Notes under the pieces: generated by a model | Databases searched by the model: none | What the model was told of the DNA's origin: nothing | The model's input: only the letters and a program-made list of their open reading frames with translations | Assembly (NCBI RefSeq): GCF_011045215.1 | Contig: NZ_CP049201.1 | Length of the DNA stretch: 64,000 nt | Direction: 5' to 3' (one strand) | Source of the DNA: Escherichia coli | GTDB lineage: Bacteria > Pseudomonadota > Gammaproteobacteria > Enterobacterales > Enterobacteriaceae | Program-made: the position numbers and the translations under genes | Shown: piece after piece, positions 32,210 to 41,675 of the stretch | How positions within the stretch are numbered: position 1 is the first letter of the stretch | Layout of the letters: every line of letters starts with the position of its first letter

Positions 32210-34357
32210 TTATTTTTTGCTTTCTTCTTTCAATACCTTAACGGTATAGCGGCCATCAGCCTGACGGTATGCACCGTGAATATCGGTTTCAAAGCCCGGA
32301 TAGTGAGCGCCGATTTCACACAGCATCTGCAGGAACTCCAGAACCGGACGGCTTTCTTCGGTGATCATTTCACCCGGCATTACCAGAGGAACTCCCGGCG
32401 GATATGGAAGGATCATATTGGCGTTAATACGACCTACCATTTCGTCGAGGTAAACTTCTTCGATCATACCGTGCAGCTCTTTCTGGAACGCAGCATACGG
32501 AGTCATTACCATTGTCGGCAGCACTTCAAATGCGCGATACATCAGATCCGGCAGATTGTGGTGAACAATCCGTTTGTGGATATTCTGAGCCAGTTCCTGA
32601 ATACGCATGTTTTCATAGAATTCAGGATCTTCACGATACAGAGACGGCAGCATGTTTTTCACACGCAGGTTCAGGTCGAACGCACGTTTGAAGTCAGTCA
32701 GAGCACGCAGCAGGCTCAGTGCTTTGGTCTTATCGATACCGATGCTGAACAGGAACAGCAGGTTATACGGACCGGTTTTCTCAACAACGATGCCATGTTC
32801 GTCGAGGTATTTCGCCACGATGCTGGCCGGAATACCAAAGTCGCTCATGGTGCCGTCTTTTTCCATCCCCGGAGTCAGCAGGGTGACTTTGATCGGGTCA
32901 AGATACATGTGCTCGTTATCGATGTTTTTGAAGCCGTGCCAGGTGCTGTCAGAACGCAGCGGCCAGCATTCAGTCGTATCGATATGATCCGGCTGCCAAA
33001 CATCAAAGAACCAGCCATCAGATTCCGTTCTCAGACGTTTGATCTCTTTACGGAATTTGATCGCACGTTCAATGGAACCGTTGATCAGACGCTTACCAGC
33101 ATTACCTTTCATCATCGCCGCAGCGGTTTCAGTGGACGCCACGATACCGTAGTGTGGAGAAGTGGTGGTGTGCATCATGTAGGCTTCGTTAAAGGTTTCT
33201 TCGTTTACGTCACCTTTAACGTGGATCATGGAAGCCTGAGAGAACGCCGCCAGCAGTTTGTGAGTAGACTGGGTTTCGTAAATCACTTTCCCTTCTACAC
33301 GGCCACCGCTCATACCGCATTTACCTTCGTAAATCGGTGAGAAGTTGGTGTAAGGCACCCACGCGGAGTCAAAGTGGATGGATTTCACATCCAGTGTTTT
33401 CTTGATGAAGTCGGTGTTGTACAGCAGACCATCATAGGTAGAGTTAGTAATTACAGCATGTACCGGCCAGGTTGCGTTTGGTGTTTCCTTCACGCGCTTA
33501 GCAATGGTAGCGTGCTGGAATTCACTCTGTGGGATACCACCAAGAATACCGTAAGCGTTACGGGTCGGGCGGAAATAGATTGGCGTAACATCGCTCATCA
33601 TCATCAGGTGGGTCAGCGATTTGTGGCAGTTACGGTCAATCAGAATGGTGCTGCCTGCTGGAGCAGAGTACATACCAACAATTTTGTTCGCAGTGGAAGT
33701 ACCGTTGGTCACCATGTAGCTGCGGTCTGCGTTAAAGACGCGAGCGATATACTGTTCTGCTTCTTTGTGTGGACCACTGTGATCCAGCAGAGAACCCAGT
33801 TCAGATACTGAAATGGAAATATCAGATTTCATGGTATTCGGACCAAAGAAATCATAGAACAGGCTACCTACCGGGCTTTTCTGGAATGCAGTACCGCCCA
33901 TGTGACCAGGAGTACAGAAAGTATATTTACCTTCACGAACATATTTAAACAGTGCTTTAGTCAGCGGAGGCAGAATAGTGTTGATATATTCGTCAGTGGT
34001 CTGCTTGATCTTGTTAGCAATATCTTCAGCAGCACCTAGCGCATATTCAAAGAAGCTAATCTGTAAACGCAGGTCATTCAGGCTTACATCGAGAGTGGAA
34101 TACGTATTAGCGAACGCGTACAACGGCAGGTTCTCGTTCATTTTGCTAATTTCTTCGCACAGCTCGAGATTATATTTATCCCAGTCAAAAATAACGCCGC
34201 ACAGACGCGCATTGTTTTCGATCAGTTTTAATAAGTCGTCACGGTCGTTCGGGTAAACAATCTGGAAGTTCAGACGTTCAAGCGCGCGATGAAGTTCACG
34301 GATGGGTTCTTCTTTAAAATAAACCCCCATGTGATTCAATATTGCAATAACGTTCAT
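32210..34357 (-). CDS. cadA: Inducible lysine decarboxylase CadA
   Basis: 715 aa from the ATG at 34357 (MNVIAILNHMGVYFKEEPIRELH...). It is a PLP enzyme with STHKLL. The ORF track start is 13 codons longer. Confidence 0.95.
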   Translation of the reverse strand: MNVIAILNHMGVYFKEEPIRELHRALERLNFQIVYPNDRDDLLKLIENNARLCGVIFDWDKYNLELCEEISKMNENLPLYAFANTYSTLDVSLNDLRLQISFFEYALGAAEDIANKIKQTTDEYINTILPPLTKALFKYVREGKYTFCTPGHMGGTAFQKSPVGSLFYDFFGPNTMKSDISISVSELGSLLDHSGPHKEAEQYIARVFNADRSYMVTNGTSTANKIVGMYSAPAGSTILIDRNCHKSLTHLMMMSDVTPIYFRPTRNAYGILGGIPQSEFQHATIAKRVKETPNATWPVHAVITNSTYDGLLYNTDFIKKTLDVKSIHFDSAWVPYTNFSPIYEGKCGMSGGRVEGKVIYETQSTHKLLAAFSQASMIHVKGDVNEETFNEAYMMHTTTSPHYGIVASTETAAAMMKGNAGKRLINGSIERAIKFRKEIKRLRTESDGWFFDVWQPDHIDTTECWPLRSDSTWHGFKNIDNEHMYLDPIKVTLLTPGMEKDGTMSDFGIPASIVAKYLDEHGIVVEKTGPYNLLFLFSIGIDKTKALSLLRALTDFKRAFDLNLRVKNMLPSLYREDPEFYENMRIQELAQNIHKRIVHHNLPDLMYRAFEVLPTMVMTPYAAFQKELHGMIEEVYLDEMVGRINANMILPYPPGVPLVMPGEMITEESRPVLEFLQMLCEIGAHYPGFETDIHGAYRQADGRYTVKVLKEESKK

Positions 34358-34436
34358 AGTCATATCTCCAGGTAAAAAAGGCCCCTCCCAACACATGGGA
34401 CAAAATGAAAGGAGGAGCCTCGGAAAATACTTTTAA

Positions 34437-35771
34437 TTAATGTGCGTTAGACGCTGTTTGGTTATCCATTGAGTGGCTCTGGCGCTCGTGCATTTTGCGA
34501 GCGTAGAACATCAGGATAATCAGGCTGACGATGAAGGTACCTGCCAGCTCGAAGGAGCTTGCGCCCATCAGCGCGATGAAGCAGAACACGCAACCCAGTA
34601 CAGAGCAGATCAGGCTGACAAAGTTGCGGATGTTAACGCCTTCAAAACGAATCAGGTCAACGCAAGAGTAGAAGTACGGCAGCATAGTCAGCAGTACTGC
34701 GATACCGGTCAGTTCACCGAACAGGTCAGATGCTTTACCACCGGCAGAGTTCATCAGAGTGATGAGGATCATCAGGGCAGTCATTTTCACTGCAGCCAGC
34801 AGCAGACCTTTTTTCGGAATACCGTTGCTGTCGACTTCACCATAAACTTTCGGGAAGTTACCGTCGTTAGCGGCACGTACACCTGCCTGGCCTACCAACA
34901 TCATCCAGGAGCCCAGAGAAGTCAGGCACGCAAAGGCGGTGAATGCAGAAACCAGCGGCGCAGCCCAGTTACCGAGGATAGTTGAAGCACTGATTGCAAA
35001 CGGAGCACCGGAAGCCGCCATTACAGAAGACGGATACATACCGGAAAGCACCTGAGTCGCAGCGATGTAAACAATACCTGCTAAACCAGTACCCAGCATG
35101 GTTGCCAGCGGAACGGTACGTTTCGGGTTTTTAACCATACCAGTACTTACAGCTGCGGATTCAACACCCACGAAGGCCCACAGGCAGAGCAGAATACTTT
35201 TAATGATCGCATGACCATCAGTGGTATCCGCAGTATTCCAGTTAGCTGCATAAGTTGCCGCATCAAACCAATGCCAGCCAACAATAGCAGTCATCACCAC
35301 AGGAATAAGAACCAGCACCAGACCAATAGTGGTTAAACGGCTTACCCAGGTACCGCCGAGCATATTTACAAAGGTAAATACCCAGACGATAGCAATACAG
35401 GCGATACCCGCCGGAACAGGATCATTTAATACTGGGAAGAAGGTGGAAAGATAAGATACAGCGGTAATACCAATCGCCAGGTTACCAATCCAGTTAGCAT
35501 GGTAATAAAGAACACCTGTCTGAAAACCAAATGCAGGGGAAATTTCTCCGGCATAAGCAATTGGGCCACCTTGTTGCGGGTTTTTTGTTGCCAGTCGGGC
35601 ATATACATACGCCAGCGACATTGCACCAATAATAGAGATAATCCAACCCCAGATAGCAATACCACCGATACTTGCTAGGTTCGCAGGTAATAATGCAATA
35701 CCGCTCCCCATCATATTACCGGCAACAACACCGGTACAGGCAAATAGCCCGATCTTCTTGGCAGAACTCAT
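34437..35771 (-). CDS. cadB: Lysine:cadaverine antiporter CadB
   Basis: 444-aa APC-family ORF, a paralogue of AdiC in this window. Confidence 0.95.
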   Translation of the reverse strand: MSSAKKIGLFACTGVVAGNMMGSGIALLPANLASIGGIAIWGWIISIIGAMSLAYVYARLATKNPQQGGPIAYAGEISPAFGFQTGVLYYHANWIGNLAIGITAVSYLSTFFPVLNDPVPAGIACIAIVWVFTFVNMLGGTWVSRLTTIGLVLVLIPVVMTAIVGWHWFDAATYAANWNTADTTDGHAIIKSILLCLWAFVGVESAAVSTGMVKNPKRTVPLATMLGTGLAGIVYIAATQVLSGMYPSSVMAASGAPFAISASTILGNWAAPLVSAFTAFACLTSLGSWMMLVGQAGVRAANDGNFPKVYGEVDSNGIPKKGLLLAAVKMTALMILITLMNSAGGKASDLFGELTGIAVLLTMLPYFYSCVDLIRFEGVNIRNFVSLICSVLGCVFCFIALMGASSFELAGTFIVSLIILMFYARKMHERQSHSMDNQTASNAH

Positions 35772-35976
35772 GCTCTTCTCCTAATTTCATTTTTGAATTT
35801 GGAGTCCGGGTCATGATGTATAACTATTTCCTGACCAGACCAAACTGGCGATAAGATTACTCACGAAAAAAGGATTAATCCTAAAGATTAGGTGAAATAA
35901 CACAAAAGTTTCTGTAAGTGAGAACTTGAGGTTTTTTATTAACACATCAGGATCGCAAGTTGATATCATGAAAAGA

Positions 35977-35993
35977 TAAACATTCAATGTTTA
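35977..35993 (-). promoter_or_regulatory. Quasi-palindrome in the cadBA promoter (candidate CadC Cad1 site)
   Basis: TAAACAT-TCA-ATGTTTA is an inverted repeat about 205-220 nt upstream of the cadB ATG. Its position is consistent with the reported upstream CadC site. Confidence 0.5.
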
Positions 35994-36136
35994 CAATGGA
36001 TTGCGTGACATTGTCTGGTTAAATTTATGTAATAAAAATTATGCGGCAAATAAATTGCCGCAACATATTATACCAACAGGAACATACAAAAACTCAACAA
36101 CAAATATTCCCTGGCATGAATCAACCCGGGAGTTAC

Positions 36137-37675
36137 TTATTCTGAAGCGAGAAATTTGTCGAGATAAGGTACAACATAAGGAACAGAAGTCTGGAATATA
36201 CCATTTTCAATCCAGTAAAGGGTGTTTGCCCCTGGGCGTAAATTAAAGGCGGTGAGATATGCATCAGCTGCTTCCCGATTCATCCCCTTCATTTCATAAA
36301 CCTTGCCAAGCAATACATAATTTAGCCAGGACATTTCAAGATCAATGCCAGTATTTATCGCCTGGTAAGACTCATCTGTTTTACCTTTTACCAGAGCACT
36401 GACCGCTTTTATTTGATATATAATGGACAGGTTATTCAATTCCGGTAGTGTAACAATGTTATCTATTTCTGTGTTCAGTGCTGCTAATTGTTTTTCATCT
36501 AAAGGATGTTGAGAATGGCGCACGATATCAACTAATGCTTTTTCTGCTCTCGCGTAGGTAAATTCTGGAGATGATTGAACAATCTCACCTAATAATTCAC
36601 TGGCACGGTTCAATGATTTATCATCGCCATGCAGTAAATAATCATGTGCCTGATAAAAATTAGTTAATAACGCACCACGATGAGGCAAAATTTGCTGGAG
36701 CGTCTCCTGCATTCGTTGTGGCCACGGTTGGTTTAACGCTTTTGATAAACTCTCCAGTAAATCATTTTGAATCGCCAGCTGATTACCGTTAGTGATGACA
36801 TAACGTTTATCCAGCATGGTTGAACCATCTGCATTGTCTACCAATTTTATCGACATAAAGCATTGTTGAGCACGGTATTGGCGCTGATTAACAAACGCAA
36901 TAGATAATGTTTTACCGGAACTGCTCGGTTCATCAATGTTGTAGTTGATTTTGTCATGCACCATAAAGGTGGAGAAGGTGTTAAGTGATGTCGCCACCAA
37001 ATCACCCACGCCTATCGCGTAAGAGAGCTGATACGGGGAACTCCAGCTGTTACAACTTTTATTTACCATATTAATGTCAATATCGCGTGGATTGAGCAAA
37101 ATACGCGATTTGCTCATCGGAAGACGTGTATCAAGACTTGAAAACGCTACCAGTGCTACACAGATACCTAAGGACAACAGGAAAAAAAACCATACCCAAA
37201 AGGTAGTGAATCGTTTGCTTTTAACTGGGGATTGTTCAGGTGGCGTTGCGGTGTTTTGAATGTTAAGGCTGTGGGAGGGAGAATCTGTGGCAGGAACCGC
37301 CTCTGGTATAGGGGGAGGCGAAGATAGCATTATTTCCTCTCCCTCTTCTTCGCTGTACCAGATAACCGGCACCATTAATTTATAGCCGCGCTTTGGTACA
37401 GTAGCGATATAGACAGGACTATCTTCATCATTATCTTTTAATGACTTACGTAGTTCTGAGATACTCTGCGTCACAACGTGATTGGTGACAATACTTCTCT
37501 TCCAGACATTATCGATAAGTTCATCCCTGCTAAGTACTTCGCCACTGTGTTGAGCAAAGAAAACCAGAAGATCGATTAATCTCGGCTCAAGGGTAAGTTG
37601 ACGCCCATTGCGGCTAATTTGGTTTATGGACGGAGTAACAAGCCATTCGCCAACGCGAACTACAGGTTGTTGCAT
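36137..37675 (-). CDS. cadC: ToxR-like membrane-integrated transcriptional activator CadC
   Basis: 512 aa with an N-terminal winged-helix domain (MQQPVVRVGEWLVTPSINQISRNGRQLTLEPRLIDLL), a single TM segment and a periplasmic sensor domain. Confidence 0.95.
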   Translation of the reverse strand: MQQPVVRVGEWLVTPSINQISRNGRQLTLEPRLIDLLVFFAQHSGEVLSRDELIDNVWKRSIVTNHVVTQSISELRKSLKDNDEDSPVYIATVPKRGYKLMVPVIWYSEEEGEEIMLSSPPPIPEAVPATDSPSHSLNIQNTATPPEQSPVKSKRFTTFWVWFFFLLSLGICVALVAFSSLDTRLPMSKSRILLNPRDIDINMVNKSCNSWSSPYQLSYAIGVGDLVATSLNTFSTFMVHDKINYNIDEPSSSGKTLSIAFVNQRQYRAQQCFMSIKLVDNADGSTMLDKRYVITNGNQLAIQNDLLESLSKALNQPWPQRMQETLQQILPHRGALLTNFYQAHDYLLHGDDKSLNRASELLGEIVQSSPEFTYARAEKALVDIVRHSQHPLDEKQLAALNTEIDNIVTLPELNNLSIIYQIKAVSALVKGKTDESYQAINTGIDLEMSWLNYVLLGKVYEMKGMNREAADAYLTAFNLRPGANTLYWIENGIFQTSVPYVVPYLDKFLASE

Positions 37676-38254
37676 AATAGAAACTCATTCGAAAAGGGAA
37701 TGATGCAATGATAATTGCCACAACCTATTTTTACCATCTATAGATGGGTTTATTTACATATTATTGGTGAATGCAAGACGTTATTTTTACCAGCCATAAA
37801 CTTCTTGATTACATGGTATTAAGAAAGGATTTTACTGAGAACCAGAAGTAATATTCCTTACCATCAAAATTCATCATCTTTGCCAAAGAAAAATGTTCAG
37901 AAAATAATCCATGGAAAATTGTCCGGAGCGCTTACTATTTTAATGGATTGTTAGTCTTTGCATGAGCAAGCGGACTGATACATTTCTCTTTGTTCTCATT
38001 CAGAAAATCTCATCAGTCGCCGTTCAGACCGGTGTTGTGCTTTATGGATGCGTTACGCTCCTGATGACGTCATTTGACGTTCAACAGCATCACGGGGTCG
38101 CACGACATTTCACGTCAGTTAGTGCTATAGCTCAGGAACAAATTTTCCCGAATTGGGATATGCCCGCAAATTGCTGGTGATGTGGGGAGAATCTGGTTGA
38201 GTTCGGTAGAATTGATTTGGCGGCAGAACGCTTAAATCGTGGCGTCCTGAAACG

Positions 38255-38283
38255 AAAAACGGACCTCCGTGGAGGTCCGTTTA
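38255..38283 (-). terminator. Terminator hairpin 3' of the pheU remnant
   Basis: The minus strand reads AAACGGACCTCC-ac-GGAGGTCCGTTTTT immediately after the CCA end of the tRNA fragment. Confidence 0.7.
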
Positions 38284-38291
38284 TATGAATT

Positions 38292-38340
38292 TGGTGCCCG
38301 GACTCGGAATCGAACCAAGGACACGGGGATTTTCAATCCC
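38292..38340 (-). pseudogene. pheU: 3' 49 nt of tRNA-Phe (pheU), forming the island attachment-site direct repeat; the 5' half is missing
   Basis: The rc reads GGGATTGAAAATCCCCGTGTCCTTGGTTCGATTCCGAGTCCGGGCACCA. This covers the anticodon loop (GAA), variable loop, T arm, acceptor 3' strand and CCA. The match to tRNA-Phe stops abruptly at 38341, where the expected D-arm/acceptor 5' half is replaced by unrelated sequence. Confidence 0.85.
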
Positions 38341-38439
38341 ATGGCAATGAGCTTCTGATAATTAAGAGTTCGTCAAGTAGTTAAAAGAGTTTTTTCATGT
38401 GCATCCAGTCTCAACTTATAAATGAGAAGGATGTGCGTA

Positions 38440-39315
38440 ATGAACATTCTGCCCGTTGTGTCCACCAAAGGTGGCGAAGGAAAATCAACCCAGTCTGCTA
38501 ACCTTGCCGGTTTTCTGGCGGATGCCGGCCTCCGTACCCTGCTGATAGACGGAGACCATGCCCAGCCCACGGCAAGCAATATCTTTCCGCTGACGTATGA
38601 AGCGCCGGCCGGTCTTTTTGAATTACTGATGCGCACGGCTGACCTCAGTCATCCCGACAACATCATTTCCCGCACGGCTATCGACGGCCTTGACCTGATA
38701 GTCTCCAATGACCCCCATGAACAACTGAAAACGGCCATGCTTCATGCGCCGGATGGTCGTCTCCGTCTGCGTAATGTGCTCCAGCATCCGCTTTTCCAGA
38801 GCTATGACGTCATTGTGGTGGATTCACAGGGCGCGCGTTCCGTCATGCTGGAAATGATTGTGCTGTCTGCCACGGAGTCTGTGGTGGGGATGGTGAATCC
38901 GGTTCTGCCGGATGTGCGTGAGTTCATTCGCGGCACAGTCAATGTCATGGAAAACCTGTTGCCCTACCGTGAACTGGGTATCCCCCTGCCGAAAGTCCGC
39001 ACCCTGGTTAACTGCATGGATTATACGGCGCTGGCCAGACAAACACTGGCGGAGCTGACCGACATTATTAACTCCGGTCGCTACAGCAAAGTGCTTCCGG
39101 AAGGCGCGGTCACCCTGCTTTCAACACAGATTTATGACCTGAATATTTACAAACAGGGACACGCAGCCGGCCAGCCGGTGCACCGCCTTGAAAAAGCGTC
39201 TGCCCGTCGCAGTGATTCTGCGCTGGTCACCATGCACAGCCTGGCCTGTGAGTTGTTGCCGGAGTGGAGTGAGTTTTTTGATGTACTGCTGGAAAACGGA
39301 GGTGAAAGCCTGTGA
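38440..39315 (+). CDS. parA: ParA/Soj-family partition ATPase
   Basis: Deviant Walker A VSTKGGEGKST and Walker B VIVVDSQG. The start is placed at the ATG at 38440 (SD AAGGA 8 nt upstream). The ORF track start at 38422 is 6 codons longer. Confidence 0.85.
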   Translation: MNILPVVSTKGGEGKSTQSANLAGFLADAGLRTLLIDGDHAQPTASNIFPLTYEAPAGLFELLMRTADLSHPDNIISRTAIDGLDLIVSNDPHEQLKTAMLHAPDGRLRLRNVLQHPLFQSYDVIVVDSQGARSVMLEMIVLSATESVVGMVNPVLPDVREFIRGTVNVMENLLPYRELGIPLPKVRTLVNCMDYTALARQTLAELTDIINSGRYSKVLPEGAVTLLSTQIYDLNIYKQGHAAGQPVHRLEKASARRSDSALVTMHSLACELLPEWSEFFDVLLENGGESL

Positions 39316-39701
39316 ACAGAAAACTGATATGGCGTGCTGTGGCTTCAGCTTCAGTTTCCTGCCCCGGACACGATGAAGTGCATGTGTTTGTTGAGGCTGC
39401 AGATTACGAAGAAGCGAAAAAACATTTGTATGACCGTCTGGAGGAGGAATGGCAGCTTCCTGTGAGCCACATAACTTTCCACAACGTGTGGAATGAAAAC
39501 GAGCTATGTGAAATGTCTGCAGGTCCGAAGGTGCCTTCAGGCCTTCCCCTGCTTGAGTCGGGTGGGGGAAATGGTGAGGTCTTTTATGACCATAATCCGC
39601 TGCTCCTCATTGCTTCTCAGCGTCTCAGGGCTGTGATTGAAGGGGTGCTGAGTGTCCTGCCAGAGCGTGGTGAACAGGATGAGTGTGGTCGTGGAATTTA
39701 A
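39312..39701 (+). CDS. Hypothetical protein (translationally coupled to parA)
   Basis: 129-aa ORF whose GTG start overlaps the parA stop (GTGA). I recognise no domain. Confidence 0.5.
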   Translation: MNRKLIWRAVASASVSCPGHDEVHVFVEAADYEEAKKHLYDRLEEEWQLPVSHITFHNVWNENELCEMSAGPKVPSGLPLLESGGGNGEVFYDHNPLLLIASQRLRAVIEGVLSVLPERGEQDECGRGI

Positions 39702-39942
39702 GTCTCTGACAGGTCGCAGCCGGACAGTATGTGTCGGGTGTGGTTATTCCGGTGTTCGGTTTGGTGATGCTGCAGGCCAGGACACCCGGCAGTGGGTGAA
39801 GGTGAATCATGAGAGCGGGCTGGGGCTGTGCTCCGGCTGTGATGCCTTTCTTTTGCAGGAACGCCTGCGTCGTCAGCGGCATGACCCGCTTTTTTCATGT
39901 GGTGTTTCCGGCAAACATCGAAAAACAGAGGGGGCGATATGA
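39679..39942 (+). CDS. Hypothetical small zinc-ribbon-like protein
   Basis: The ORF contains CVGC..(34 aa)..CSGC. The start is uncertain (ATG at 39679 or 39652). Confidence 0.4.
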   Translation: MSVVVEFKSLTGRSRTVCVGCGYSGVRFGDAAGQDTRQWVKVNHESGLGLCSGCDAFLLQERLRRQRHDPLFSCGVSGKHRKTEGAI

Positions 39943-39981
39943 CAGTTTTTGTAATGCATATCCCTGTCGGTACCGGGGACA

Positions 39982-40002
39982 GCGGACATGTGTGGTGTCC
40001 GC
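39982..40002. terminator. Hairpin between convergent ORFs
   Basis: GCGGACA-tgtgtgg-TGTCCGC lies between the stop at 39942 (+) and the stop at 40017 (-). Confidence 0.35.
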
Positions 40003-40016
40003 TGCATGCTGATGAA

Positions 40017-40445
40017 TCAGCCTTTACCCGTGAACGGGTCATCCAGCTTATCCAGACGTCTTTCTGCGTTGCGCAACACGTCCTGTGCTCCCGGGGTGGA
40101 TGCATATGCCTCCAGTTCAGCAGCAAGAGCCTGTTCCATTTCTGTTGCTGTCATGGCAGCAACATCGGCCGCAGAGCGGTTGTCGCGAATAATGAGGTAG
40201 CTGTGCAGGATATTAAGTGGTGCCACATTTTTATTGATGTTTTTCAGCCCCTGCTGAACCGCCAGCCAGTCGCCCAGCCACTGCAGGCGATACAGTTTGT
40301 GACGGTTGTAAGTTTCATTCGTTGTGTTACAGGCCATACGCCAGAACTCCTCAGACATGTTGATGAGCGTATTTTCACCTTCCGGCAGACTGAACGCAGC
40401 GAAGTCATCAATGCCGGACGGCAGTTGTTGATGATTTGTATTCAT
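40017..40445 (-). CDS. Hypothetical protein, member A of a small island-specific paralogue family (N-terminus MNTxxQLPSGI)
   Basis: 142 aa with SD AAGGA and an ATG. It shares RHKLYRLQWLGDWL and AADVAAMTATEMEQALAAELEAY with ORF B (DHKLAYRLCWLRHWL, PATVEQMTPAEISLALTDYWSEY). That is similarity at the protein level across diverged DNA. Confidence 0.55.
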   Translation of the reverse strand: MNTNHQQLPSGIDDFAAFSLPEGENTLINMSEEFWRMACNTTNETYNRHKLYRLQWLGDWLAVQQGLKNINKNVAPLNILHSYLIIRDNRSAADVAAMTATEMEQALAAELEAYASTPGAQDVLRNAERRLDKLDDPFTGKG

Positions 40446-40618
40446 GTTTTTTCCTTACTAAGTCAGAGTGTTATGAATATAAAGATGCTGTCCGTACCTT
40501 CTGACCGGGGTCGCCAAACTTGCCGGTCTGAAAACGTACAGACAGTTACCGGGATTTTACTCCCGACAGCTGTACGTCCGGCACCCTTTTTTCTTTTTTT
40601 ACATAGTCCGGTTTCTGG
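40408..40618 (+). repeat. Copy A of the ~210-bp conserved hairpin-rich intergenic element
   Basis: It aligns along its full length with 41414-41621 and 42530-42737. See findings for the helices. Confidence 0.85.
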
Positions 40619-40667
40619 CCCTGTGGGTCGGTATACCTGTTCCCGTTAAATGAGAAGGAGTGGAATC

Positions 40668-41165
40668 ATGAACCGTAATCCGTCTGAAAATCTGTCTGAA
40701 AACGCGTCCCGCCAGTTCCTGTCCCTGGCCTCGCCAGCAGAGGCTGCATGCCATGCACTGCTTCGTTTCATTGAACGTGAGATTCTTGAGAAAAATGCGC
40801 CTGAAGAGCAGGTCCGGGAACGTTGCAGGGTATTCACCACACTGCTTAATGAGGGATTTACTGCCCTGTCTGATAAGGCTGGGCAGAATTTAGCTGACCT
40901 CCGGGAACAGTGCCGGCAACTGGAGCATCACATCACCAGACTTGGAGATGAATGCAACGATGTTAATCGCAGAAGCGCAGAGATTACCCGCAACATCAAT
41001 CGGGCTTTCGATATGAACATAGCGCTTGATATTGCCAGTCGGTCATATAATTCAACGCCTTCTGGCTCGTCCAGTACTCACTCCAGTAGTCCGTCAGAGC
41101 AAGAGATATCTCAGCAGGTGTCATCTGCTCAACCGTTGCCGGGAGCCAGTGATGCTGATGAATAA
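40668..41165 (+). CDS. Hypothetical protein (coiled-coil-like N-terminal part, Ser-rich tail)
   Basis: Strong SD AAGGAG 7 nt before the ATG at 40668. The last ~170 nt overlap the convergent ORF B, so the C-terminal extent is doubtful. Confidence 0.45.
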   Translation: MNRNPSENLSENASRQFLSLASPAEAACHALLRFIEREILEKNAPEEQVRERCRVFTTLLNEGFTALSDKAGQNLADLREQCRQLEHHITRLGDECNDVNRRSAEITRNINRAFDMNIALDIASRSYNSTPSGSSSTHSSSPSEQEISQQVSSAQPLPGASDADE

Positions 41166-41448
41166 GCGCAAACTTAACGGCTTCCGGAATGCTGATGAAG
41201 CCATCATCCCGGAAAAACCAGTGGCGGCTGTGAATCAGCCAGTGTCTGAGCCAGCAGAGTCGGTAGGCGAGCTTATGGTCTGCGCCGGGAAAGATTTCAG
41301 TTCCCTGGTCAAAGAAGGTTTTACAACGTTCCACATCGTCGGGGGCCATGCGTCCGGCTTTCCAGTCTTCAAAGTATTTTTCATTGCTGTCAGTGACATA
41401 AGGACAGTTGTTATCAATGCCGGACGGCAGTTGTTTTTCTGTATTTAT
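40996..41448 (-). CDS. Hypothetical protein, paralogue B; the homologous start codon is ATA (possible pseudogene or downstream start at 41349)
   Basis: The frame is open for 151 codons: (I)NTEKQLPSGIDNNCPYV...MAPDDVERC.... SD AAAGGAG is present, but the position that is ATG in copies A and C reads ATA here. The first in-frame ATG gives the 117-aa ORF 40996..41349. Confidence 0.45.
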   Translation of the reverse strand: MNTEKQLPSGIDNNCPYVTDSNEKYFEDWKAGRMAPDDVERCKTFFDQGTEIFPGADHKLAYRLCWLRHWLIHSRHWFFRDDGFISIPEAVKFALIHQHHWLPATVEQMTPAEISLALTDYWSEYWTSQKALNYMTDWQYQALCSYRKPD

Positions 41449-41621
41449 AAAAATTCTCCTTTAAAACAATCTGTTATGAGTATGCGAATGCTGTCCGTAC
41501 CTTCTGACCGGGGTTGCCAGACTTGCCGGTCTGAAAACGTACAGACAGTTACCGGGATTTTATTCCCGACAGCTGTACGTCCGGCACCCTTTTTCCTTTT
41601 TTTACACAGCCAGGTTTCCGG
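41414..41621 (+). repeat. Copy B of the ~210-bp conserved hairpin-rich intergenic element
   Basis: Direct-orientation repeat of 40408-40618. Confidence 0.85.
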
Positions 41622-41675
41622 TTATCTGCGGGGAAGTGACGCACCTGGCGGGCTGAGAGATATGGAGGTGAAAGT

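Noticed and set aside
37962-38180. 72-aa ORF between cadC and the pheU remnant
   Set aside because: It has no SD and no recognisable domain. The spacing from cadC to pheU equals what I recall for the K-12 non-coding interval.
38292-38340. Functional tRNA-Phe gene
   Set aside because: Only 49 of 76 nt are present. The acceptor 5' strand, the D arm and the 5' anticodon stem are replaced by island sequence.
40587-40600. The T6CT7 tract of the repeat as the U-tract of an intrinsic terminator
   Set aside because: No GC-rich hairpin ends immediately upstream. The nearest helix closes ~10 nt earlier, and GTCCGGCACCC has no pairing partner.
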